From Octopus vulgaris (taxonomy: Eukaryota): 64,000 nucleotides of DNA. The translations under genes were made by a program, and so were the position numbers. Position 1 is the stretch's first letter. Each line of letters opens with the position of its first letter. Below the pieces are notes generated by a model. It searched no databases and was not told the origin of the DNA. It saw only the letters and a list, made by a program, of their open reading frames with translations. The DNA is taken from assembly GCA_951406725.2 (NCBI GenBank), contig OX597819.1, forward strand, positions 131,440,001-131,504,000, in the 5' to 3' direction. Below are positions 1-11,453 of this stretch, piece after piece.

Positions 1-992
1 GGCAAGATGCACTTTAAATGTAATCAGACTGCGGAAATGAACTCCTGACATAGGTGTGTGTTTGAACTGAATTTGTGGAACTCTTTCTGCTCCTGGACTC
101 TAACCTACCATGGTTTTAGGAATTGAACTTTTTGGACATACTCTTGTGTGAGGGGAGTAAAAAAAACTTTTTAAAAAATATTTTTAGTCGATTGATATTT
201 TATTTTATCTTAGTTTATTTAGTTTTTTAGTAGCATGACACATTTCAAGCTAGTGTCCCAGCATGGCCACAGTCCAATGACTGAAACAAGTAAAAAGATT
301 TTTAGGAAAAAAAAAAAACTGAGTGGGATTATTAAAATATTTCAAGAGATTTGGCTGTAGTTTCTAGCATGTGGGGATACTGTTTAGGCTTAACTTTATG
401 CACTGGTTGAAAATCACACAAAAAAAATTCTGGGGTCGTTACAATTGACTAAAAAATTTTCAAGGTGGTGCTCCAGCATGGCCGCAGTCTAATAACTGCA
501 AAAAGTAAAAATATAAAAATTCTAGTGTCGATACATTCGACTAAAAAATTTTCAAGGTGGTGCCCCAGCATGGCCGCAGTCGAGTGACTGAAACAAGTAA
601 AAGGTGAAAAAAAAACGAAAAATATAATCATGGGGCTTTTGTCCATTTTCACACTTTACCTTTTGTCTGTGGGGCTTATGTCCGTGGGGGCTTTTGTCCT
701 ACACTCAAGCTGCCTGTATCTGGATACAAGTCACTCAACAAGAACTCCCTACTCGAATGGACCACGGTACCACAAAGACTTAAGACTTGAAATGGATTTA
801 GCTAATCCTATCAGGTGGTGCTATGAAGTTAGACATGACCCGGACCAATCTCTGGTCGAAACATATCTAAGTTACATACATATAGATATGGATATATACA
901 TGTGTGTGTGTGTGTGTGTGTGTGTACGTACATACAATATGTATGTATATATGTATACACATTTTTTTCTCTCCTTGTCTTTTTCTGTGTCC

Positions 993-1028
993 CTTTCTGT
1001 GGAAGAGTGTAGGCTCGAAACGTAAAAG
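993..1028 (+). ncRNA. Degenerate minimal hammerhead motif
   Basis: cttt CTGTGGA a gag-tgtagg-ctc GAAAC GT A aaag; core A6 is mutated. Confidence 0.5.
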
Positions 1029-1116
1029 ACTTTTTCCATTCCTGAGCGTTCTACTAATACATCTGTTTGTTTTGTACACCACCTGTCTTCGTCTTTTGCT
1101 TTTTTTCGTGAACTCT

Positions 1117-1164
<48 letters not shown>

Positions 1165-1183
1165 ATATGTATGTGTATGTGTA

Positions 1184-1223
<40 letters not shown>

Positions 1224-1303
1224 GGCTACACGTGTTCACAATCTTTTATTTCCTGGTATGTATGTATGTATGTATGTATGTATGTATGTATGTATGTATG
1301 TAT

Positions 1304-1451
1304 ATAATATGTGACAATTAATTGTCGTAATAAAACTCAGAGTTTCGGATACCGGGGCTGAAGTCTGCTCCGGCATCTCAGCCGTAGCAGACCTCAGCCC
1401 CGGTATCCGAAACTCCGAGTTTTATTACGACAATTAATTGTCACATATTAT
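1304..1451. repeat. Long fold-back palindrome (71-bp arms, 6-nt loop, 3 mismatches)
   Basis: ataatatgtgacaattaattgtcg...ccggc atctca gccg...cgacaattaattgtcacatattat. Confidence 0.95.
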
Positions 1452-1985
1452 TATATTCATAGATAACTTCCTCTATTTTACATGATATCGATGCCTCGTT
1501 CATTCTTTTGTTGCCATATTATTAATGTATGTATGTATGTACATCACTTGGTTACACGCCTACACAATCATTTATTTCCTAATTCACAATTGCAATCAGC
1601 TTATAAGTTTATCAATACACTTTTATCTTCGTCCGCAGCCAAAGCATCGTTAATATGCCAAGGTCATTGGTTAATTTGCTTATAAGATCTCTTCATTCAT
1701 TCATTCATAAGACTTTCCTTTTAGTTACCTCAGAGATCGGATCAGAACCTCGTAACGTTGAAATATGATATCACGTGAGCACGCCCCCGCACTCGCTCTC
1801 TTTCTTCCTCTCCCCTCTCTCATTCATTAAAGAGACAAAACAATATTTAAAAAATCGAGTGTTGTAACTATGACAATAACAAAACTCAAAGCTATGTTGT
1901 TTTTTCAGCACCGCGGTTCGTTGTTGACTTAACCTACATGTAGAATGCGTTCAAATTGAAATGAACTGTCGTCAGATATGATACC

Positions 1986-2186
1986 TCTTTTACTTGTTTC
2001 AGTCATTTGACTGTGGCCATGCTGGAGCACCGCCTTTAGTCGAGCAAATCGACCCCGGGACTAATTCTTTGTAAGCCCAGTACTTATTCTATTGGTCCCT
2101 TTTTGCCGAGCCGCTAAGTGACGGGGACATAAACACACCAGCATCGGTTGTCAAGCAATGCTAGGGGGACAAATACAGACACACAA

Positions 2187-2219
<33 letters not shown>

Positions 2220-2390
2220 CATATATACGACAGGCTTCTTTCAGTTTCCGTCTACCAAATCCACTCACAAGGCTTTGGTCAGCCCGAGGCTAAAGTAGAA
2301 GACACTTGCCCAAGGTGCCACGCAGTGGGACTGAACCCGGAACTATGTGGTTGGTAAACAAGCTACTTACCACACAGCCACTCCTGCGCC
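1986..2390 (-). mobile_element. tRNA-derived SINE family A, near full length
   Basis: Head GGCGCAGGAGTGGCTGTGTGG (A box) / GGTTCAGTCCC (B box), internal TA/CA microsatellite, tail ...ATGACTGAAACAAGTAAAAGAG. Confidence 0.9.
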
Positions 2391-2765
2391 TATGATAATG
2401 AATGAAATGTTATTTAATTTTATTGTTATTAATTTTTATTTCCAGTTTTTCATCTGCGATAAGATTTTTTGGTGACCGGTAATAAAGTAACAGACAAAGA
2501 AGTCACAATTAATTTGTGGTGACCAGTAATAAAGTTAGAGGGGAAAAAATGTCACGGTAATAAAGTTCACAATTTTGGCAAGGAAAAAAAATCAAGCGAA
2601 AAAAAAGTCACAATTAATTTATGGGATCCGGACAAAACACCCCTAGTACAAGCCCCCTCCCAGGACAAAACCCCTGTGACTTTTTTTTTTTACCTGTGTC
2701 TTTTTTTTTTTTTACCTGGATTCGATTTCTTCTTAGTGCAGGTTTGGCTGTGTGGTAAGAAGCTT

Positions 2766-3185
2766 GGATCTTTTCGGTTTGAACGGCAGGTTTTTCTAGC
2801 GGTGTCATTTGAAATTGTCACCCATAATTATGACCCTAGTATCGATCTATTGCATTTCAATCTGTTTTAGGGTTAGGGTTAGGGTTAGGGGTGGGGGGAA
2901 TGGTATCTTTTCTTCAGAAATGTAAATAAACCCAATCTGTTTCTTAAACGAGGGACATATTCATACAGCACAGAATGTTTTTTACCTCAAAGGACGTCAT
3001 TGATTGGCTGAAATTGCAGAAATTGAAGAAAAAAAAGAACAAATATCTTACAAACTATAGAATTTTCTCAATAAAGCCAAGAGAAAAAGATGTTTTATAA
3101 ACACATTCTACCAGTATACGAAGTTTAAAATTTTTTAGTTACCTAGAAATTATGTTAAAAACTGCCGTTCAAACCGAAAAGATCC
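2766..3185. mobile_element. MITE with 24-bp perfect TIRs and 8-bp TSD (Merlin- or hAT-like), nested in a SINE
   Basis: TIR ggatcttttcggtttgaacggcag (2766-2789 / 3162-3185); TSD agaagctt at 2758-2765 and 3186-3193. Confidence 0.88.
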
Positions 3186-3342
3186 AGAAGCTTGCTTCCC
3201 GACCATATTAGATCCGGGTTCAGTCCCATTGCGTGACACTTTGGGTAAGTGCCTTCCGCTATAGCCTCAGGCCGACCAAACCCTTGTCGATGGATTTGGT
3301 GAACGGAAACTGAAAGCCTGTCATATGTATATATACATATAT

Positions 3343-3401
<59 letters not shown>

Positions 3402-3417
3402 CATGTATGTATATATG

Positions 3418-3473
<56 letters not shown>

Positions 3474-3672
3474 CATATATACATACATGTATATATATAT
3501 ATGCACACACACACACACTACAAACAACACACACACTATGATGTTTTTTGACCTGGCTTTGACCTAGCTTGACACAAACAGCTAGCAGTCATCACCACAG
3601 CTGGCTTTGTCATTACCTTTATTCACCAAAAAATACACACACACACGCACGCACAAACACACTTGTCATCTT

Positions 3673-3706
<34 letters not shown>

Positions 3707-3856
3707 GCATTCCCTTTTTTTGGGAACTCTCTTGCATTATAAAACCATTTTTCAACTACCTTCAAATTCTGTTCTTTCAACATGTGATCCCTTAAGCACC
3801 ACCAGCTCAAATATTGTCTCCTCTGTCTTCCCTTCTTGGGATCTTTCCTTCTCCTT

Positions 3857-3891
3857 GTTTCCGACGAAGAGCTCCGCTCGAAACGTTAAAC
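3857..3891 (+). ncRNA. Minimal type I hammerhead motif (U4C core variant)
   Basis: gttt CCGACGA a gagc-tcc-gctc GAAAC GT T aaac; stems I and II pair, stem III is palindromic. Confidence 0.65.
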
Positions 3892-3992
3892 CCTCCTTCC
3901 CTTCTTTCCTGAGCGTCAATAATACTTTAATTGTTCCACGTCCTGCGTTGCTGTGTTTTTTTCTCTTTTTTTCTGTGTTTTCTTGTTTGGAT

Positions 3993-4086
<94 letters not shown>

Positions 4087-6522
4087 TATTTTTTCTTTCA
4101 TCTGTTTCAGTCATTTGACTGCGGCCATGCTGGAGCACTGCTTTTAATCGACTACATCGATCCCAGGACGTGTTGTTTACTTGGTTTTAGTCATTGAGGT
4201 GGTTGTGAGATGTGCTAAAAATAACAGCTAAATAGACCTTAAACCACCCACCTCAACATTTTTTTTTTTTTATAATTGTATGAAGTCCTGCACGTAATAT
4301 AGAAATTCGCAAAACTTTTTCTGAAAAATCAAAAAAATTGAAAAAAAATTTTGAGGGGTTAAATGTCATGTGTAATTCATTTGATTATGGTTTCATATAA
4401 TAACACAAGTGCTATTTTCAGGATGTTGACAAAATGTGCAGTCACACAAAATGACAGCTCCCAAATCCTGTTTCATGAATGGGTGAAAATGATCAAACTT
4501 TAAACCTCTATAACATTTTAAAAACATTTTTCTGGAAAAAAATTGAAATAACTCTAGCAATTCAGCTTCGAAAACTACATTAATGTGCCAAATTTTAAAC
4601 TTGACTGAAACAAGTAAAATAGTAATATTTATTCCTGGACATAAATATATTTGGTGTTATCGACTTATTATGAACAATATGAATAATTGCTGAATAAGAG
4701 GAGAAAAAAACTGCCTTGAAAATGCAGAAAGCTAATCTGTGTGACATTGTGCAACCAATTAAAAAATACATGAAGTCATCAGCACAAATCTCTGAAGCAA
4801 TCTGTACCGTCAGCAACCCAATGGCTATCTGCGCGATAAGATTAGAAGCATGTGAGTCAGTCTGCCATGAGTTACAGTTTTATAAAGCAGTATTTATAAA
4901 ACAGTTTTATGTGATGAAAAGTCGATTCAAGAAGACCAGTTCACGCCACAGCCTCACCCTCACTGGTCAATTTATAGAATGATCAGGTGAAACTGTGGTG
5001 GTTCGCTTGTAGTGTGTGATCAAGTATTTAGCAGTTGGGTTTCAAATCCCTGTTAAATCAGCTTAATAACAGTAAAGCTATTTTATGAAATTCTTCATTA
5101 TTTACAAAATTAATGAAAAACAAAAAAAATTGTATTTCAACAGGGGGGGGACACACCTCTCATCATAATTTTCTGTGAGATCCTTTTGTAAAGTTAAGCT
5201 TCAAACACTAAAATTTCACCAACTTCTTCAATATTTCCAAAAATTATTTGATACACATAAGCAATATATTTCAACAGTATGGTTGTGAAAAAGTTCAAGT
5301 AGTGACTGTCAGTGCGTGTAAAGGAGTTTTAAAATACTCTGAAATGTCAATGTTGGTAATTAATAGTTCCATATAAAGCTAGCGAGGGGAGTGCCATAAT
5401 AAATTATGGATGTTTCAGGAAATTGCTAAACATATCACATGAAAGAATTTAGGGATGGAATAAAAAAATTGTTTGGTGAGTCACGACTTAATTTTCTGTC
5501 TTTGACATCTATTATTTATTATAGAATCAAAGTGTAGGGGATTGACCTCCCATGAATAAAGACAGATGTGACTGATTAAGAGCACATCAAGGGTGATGCT
5601 GACCGTTTCCATAGCAATCATCTTTGAGATTATCAGAATTGGTTAAGTGCTGAGTATAATATCTTGTATTTATATGTTCTAGCACTTCGCATTCTCAGTT
5701 CAAATCCATTTGGGGTGAATTTTGACTTCATTCTTCCAAGGTCAGTGAAAATAAAGCCCCATTCAAGTACTGGGGTAGATTTGACGAACTGTGCCTCCCC
5801 ACTAAACTTCTGGTCTTGTGCTTACTTTATTGATTATTATCTTGGATCTTAGAAAGATTTCATGCATAGCAACACATGTAACCATCCTAGATTACATCTA
5901 CACAACACGTCACAAATATGCGAGTTGTACTTTTAAGAAGGTTTTAGCTAAATTCTCTCAAGGACTCAAGTATTTTCTGTGCTTTTGGAATGCCGTTTTG
6001 ACAAGACAATACCTGGGTTAACATGAGAGATCAGTGTAGATTACAAAGTTTAATGTCTCTAGTGATTTCTTTTTGTTGTTGTTTGTTTCTAGAGGGAAGG
6101 AGTGGTAGAGTAGAGACTGTTTCTTTCATATTCGTTGTAATTGTCAAACAAAACTAGGATGTCATGCCCTCATTGAAGGATGTTTTTGAGGTCCTTGTAT
6201 GTGAGGGTTGAGTGGGTCTACGGTTGGATGATTCCTGTGAGGAGAAAGAATGAAGAGATGCTATGATTTGATTACTACAGGGAAGAGATTAAAAAAATCT
6301 TTTTTTTGTAAATAATTATTGACCATTTTGTTTTTTTATTTTTTGACCTCCTACCAACTTGCCCCAAATCAGCAAAGCTGCCAAAGGACTTCATCCAATT
6401 TTTTATGCAATTTCAGAATATGAAATTGGATGAAATGCCTAAAAGTATTTTGTCTGGCACGTTAATTAATGATTCGGCTAACTCAACACCTTGATGATCA
6501 TGACGACAATGACAAGACAACT

Positions 6523-6584
<62 letters not shown>

Positions 6585-6768
6585 GGTGGTGACGACGTTG
6601 ATAGTGCTGGGAATTGTGTGAATATGGAGGTTGCCAATCTCAAAAATTATATCCACAAAAACAATGGAAAGTAATTAAGCCAGTAAAAAAAGGAAAATGC
6701 CCTTAATGATGGGAAAGAGAAGATTTACAACATGAAAGGGAAAGGTCCTGTAACAACAAACATTTCCA

Positions 6769-7074
6769 TACATTATTTACATTTGACGGATATTTGTCCT
6801 CATCTTGTTTGTTGTTAACACAAGATTTTGGCTGATATACCCTCCAGCCTTCAGGGGAAATTTCGAACCTGGGTTCTCAATTCTAAGGTATTTTACAATG
6901 TTGTTGTTATTATTATTATTATTATTATTATTCAGGTCATTGCCTGAAATTGAACTTGGAATCTTGGGGTTAGTAGCCTGTGCTTTTAACCACTACGCCA
7001 TATACCCGTGGGCAAGATGAGGACAAATATCTGTCAAATGTAAATAATTCCTCATCTCTTAAATATAGAACTGT
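6769..7074 (-). mobile_element. tRNA-headed element with a hammerhead relic and inverted end; second copy at 63830-64000
   Basis: 11-bp TSD aaacatttcca (6758-6768 / 7075-7085); 36-bp inverted repeat (6772-6807 / 7013-7048); tRNA-like A/B boxes at about 7010-6933. Confidence 0.75.
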
Positions 7075-7439
7075 AAACATTTCCACGGCAAATTCCTTGC
7101 AGCTACAGACGAATTTTGAGGAGAGAAAAGCTGGGACTGGTTGAAGAAGGATGGCCTGAAGTGAGAGAGAGACTAGAGAAGGAATATTCTGGTCATACAG
7201 GAACAAACACTGCAACATGTGGAAAGTCATTGACAAGGAAAATATTGACAGGAATTGGTAGGATGTCCAGTGAAAGAGAAGAAATGGTCGCATTCACAGT
7301 TCTTGAATGTCGAAACTGAGCAGAGAAAGAGTAACTGGAGACATGAGAAGGTGATGAACGTTGCTTTTTGACTCTTTTACTTGTTTCAGTCATTTGACTG
7401 AGGCCATGCTGGAGCATCGCCTTTAGTCGAATAAATTGG

Positions 7440-8280
7440 CCGGAATAGAGGTTGGTGTTATGAAGGAGATCAAGTCTTTGCTTGCCTGTCTGAGGAACAG
7501 TGATGAAAGAATGTTGCAGGTTGCAGTGAGTGAGAAGGGGTCAGTGACAACAGTGATATATACCAGGAACACAAAATAAGGAGCACAAAATAAGAAAAGA
7601 TCATAAATTGGAAAGAAAAAGTCTTACATAGAGAGTTTTTCCAGCAAAAATTGGATGAAGCTGATGAAGAATCGTGGAGATGGTTTAGAAATAAGTTTTG
7701 AAAGAAGGAGACCGAAGGACCAATCCTTGCTGCTCAAGGACAAGCTTTACAAACCAATTCCATCAAGCATTGATAAGACAGCAGTATCACTTTTGCGTAG
7801 ACTATGGGGGGGGGGGTCGTCTGAGACAGTTGGATATGTAATTAGTGAACGGTGAAAACTGGCCCCAAAGGAGTACAAAAGAGGACATGACAAAATGGCA
7901 GTGTGAATACACTGGGAGTTGAGCAGGAAGTAGGGGACAGAATGCTCTGACAGGTGGTAGGAGCACCAACATTTGCCGGACAGGGATCGAGTGAAACTCA
8001 TGCGGGATACACCAATCTACACAGATAAAGAGCTGCAACATAACTGACCAGATATGACCCTCCCAAAGAGGGAGTCCAAAGAATGGACCCTTGTTGACAT
8101 GGCTATACCTGCAGACCAGAAGACAGAGATCAAGAAAGTTAAGAATTACCAAAAACCTAGCATTGGAAGTGAAACGCTTGTTTAGAGTCTCACAAGTGTG
8201 ATACCTATTGTGATCAGTGCACGAGGCACCAACTCAAAGAAGGCAATATTCTGGCATGGAAAGCTGCATATAGCAAAGTC
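7440..8280 (+). mobile_element. Degenerate non-LTR retrotransposon 3' part with restriction-like endonuclease (R4/Dong/NeSL-type)
   Basis: Broken frames give HDKMAV-IHWELSRK, DTPIYTDKELQHN-PD and DMAIPAD motifs. Confidence 0.7.
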
Positions 8281-8399
8281 TACACCAATAGAATAAGTAC
8301 CAGGTGTTATGAATCGAAACAGCTGTAGGACTTATAACATAATTCTTTGTATTCGGTGTGAGTTGGATCTATTAATATCAATATCTATATATTTATACT

Positions 8400-8972
<573 letters not shown>

Positions 8973-9098
8973 CATATGAAAGTCTCCACCTTTTGCTTTC
9001 TCTTGTTTTTGCATCTATACGTAGATGCACGTTTTGCATTTTGTATCTGAACTATTATGTTATATTTAATATATGTAATTTGTGTATCCACATAATTG

Positions 9099-9205
<107 letters not shown>

Positions 9206-9418
9206 TCCCAAAAAGAACAAGCACAAAAAAACCCAACACGAAGACATGGCACATATAAAGTATTCGCAGACGCCCAGGGAAGGAAAGAAAGATGGTTTAA
9301 TATTTCGAGCAAACGATCTTCTTTGGAAACAGAGGAAAATCTAATAGAAAGGAAGACAGAAGAAGAAAATTGCCAATGATTCACATGTGGTTACAAGCAG
9401 CAGGATATCAAGAAGTGA

Positions 9419-9504
9419 TGCAGTATGACCGTTTCAAGCAGCTCCATTTAATTGAATGGTGCAATCATTACATCAATTTAAATGCAGGGCTATCATCAGC
9501 TGCA
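9419..9504 (-). ncRNA. Type I hammerhead motif with long stem II, partly decayed
   Basis: Minus strand: tgcag CTGATGA ...catttaaattga...tcaattaaatg... GAAACGGTCA TA ctgca; stem I tgcag/ctgca. Confidence 0.6.
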
Positions 9505-9509
9505 CAAAT

Positions 9510-9990
9510 AAATTGAATCTTAACCAGTTGGACACCTTAATATAATTTTACTCAAATACTTTAACAGAGCAAGAAGATGGAAGAAATCCATGTTGTTGCT
9601 ATTGTAGCTAAGAATATACTCCACTTCCAAGAAAGGCGTGAAGCTTACTGGGGTCATAGCTTGTAAAGGATTGTGGTTCATTTCTAATTTATTTGTCTTT
9701 TTATCAACTACTGTATCTAAGACTAAAGGACTGTATCTGTTTGGAATGAAGGGCAAGAGTGAGTTGACAGCTCATGGCTAGGTATTGTCATAAATATTGT
9801 CAAGATATTAGGAGCAGTAAACTGGGTATAGAGTAACTGTCTATAAAGGAGGTTGGGTAGGGAAAGACTCTACATCATGATGTTAATTACCAGTCAAAGG
9901 GGCAAGACGCTAATAAAACCTATGATGTTAATACAGAGGAAATTTTATCATGAGGTACTAGGGGGGATTTTTTGTAAACAATATTGTTAT
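9510..9990 (-). mobile_element. Possible Penelope-like element RT relic
   Basis: Minus strand gives DVESFPTQP (cf. DVESLFTNVP) and LAMSCQL (cf. GLAMGSPL); a hammerhead motif lies immediately downstream. Confidence 0.45.
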
Positions 9991-10273
9991 GTTGTATAAA
10001 GATAAAATTTAAGATTTCCAAGAATGATATCATAACCAAAATAGGTAAAATGTGTATATTTATCCAATTATAAACATGAAAAAGGAAAGACTACATAGAA
10101 TCAGTTTCATATTCATTCATGTACTTAATTAATTACTTATTAGGTGGTTTCTATAAAGACTGTTCGGGGCATTTACTTATGGAAGACTGGAAAGATAAAC
10201 ATGCTATCTATCTATTAATTATAAGTCAAGACTCAGCAAAAAATAAAGATGTTTACGGATACACACACGTATT

Positions 10274-10323
<50 letters not shown>

Positions 10324-10328
<5 letters not shown>

Positions 10329-10391
10329 TAAAGCAGCAGAAAATTCAACAAAACCTGTTTTTTTTGTTGAATTTTCTGCTGCTTTAAATAA
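10324..10391. repeat. Perfect 30-bp inverted repeat with 8-nt loop, between TA arrays
   Basis: ttatttaaagcagcagaaaattcaacaaaa cctgtttt ttttgttgaattttctgctgctttaaataa. Confidence 0.95.
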
Positions 10392-10462
10392 AGCATATTA
10401 CTCTACCACTGGTATTTGAGTACTCTTTTTTCCACCTTGTTTCACATTTATGTGTTTACTCC

Positions 10463-10522
<60 letters not shown>

Positions 10523-10524
10523 TA

Positions 10525-11278
10525 TATTGGGTCGTCCCATAAATAATGCAGTTTTTTTATACTTCTTTTATTTTTCAAAATTAAGATAAATATCTTTTTT
10601 AATCTAAAACATACTCCCCTTCATTTTCTACAATGCACTTCCATCTATCTGGTAGACTTGCAAGGCCCCTCTTCCAAAATTCACTCGTCTATGACAAAAA
10701 ATACTCCTCCAGTATTGTTCTGATCTCATTTACAGAATTCATATTTTTTCTGTCTAAATGATTTGGGGGCAATGTCCAGTGAATATGGTGGGTGGGGCAT
10801 TGTTTCCCATTCAAAATGCTTCAACCTTTGGAATGCCATCCTCACTGTATGTGGCCAAGCATTATCCTGATGAAAGAACACCTTTTGTCTTGAAACCAAA
10901 GATGGTCATTTTTCTTCTAGCGCTGACTTAAGCCACTCAAGCTGCTCACAGTAGATCTCCTTTGTTATTGTTTGGTTTGGGTTTAAAAGTTCAAAGTGCA
11001 CTAAACCTTTCATGCCCTACAAAACAGATAACAACACCTTACATGGGTGAGAACCTGGGGTGCCAGTGTTTCTCCTTTTCTTACCCATTGTCTTTGGTGC
11101 TTGACATTTTTATAGAGAACCCATTTTTCGTCACCAGTCACTATTCAGTCCAAAAAAGGTTCATTCATGAGACCTGACAGCAAAGAGGAGCACACATTCA
11201 CTCTCTGGGCGCGATTAGACTTGGACATTTTGTGAGGAACCCATTGACCCAATTTGCTGATTTTTCTGATGGCACACA
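10525..11278 (-). mobile_element. Degenerate mariner (Tc1/mariner) transposase relic
   Basis: Minus strand encodes IVTGDEKWVLY, HQDNAWPH and PHPPYS motifs; tattgggt TIR-like end next to a TA array. Confidence 0.85.
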
Positions 11279-11284
11279 GGTATA

Positions 11285-11316
<32 letters not shown>

Positions 11317-11318
11317 TA

Positions 11319-11357
<39 letters not shown>

Positions 11358-11370
11358 TATATATTATTTA

Positions 11371-11453
<83 letters not shown>

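Noticed and set aside
240-605. Repeated ccagcatggccgcagtc...gactgaaacaagtaaaa units resembling a CRISPR or tandem array
   Set aside because: These are duplicated SINE A tails in eukaryotic DNA, with irregular spacing and no cas genes.
1986-2390. Recurrent ORF peptides such as EDTCPRCHAVGLNPEPCGW or ...[12 protein letters not shown]
   Set aside because: They are frames through SINE copies; the recurrence reflects the repeat, not a protein family.
4716-4982. 88-aa + strand ORF with ordinary composition
   Set aside because: No recognisable motifs or convincing splice sites; the length is compatible with chance.
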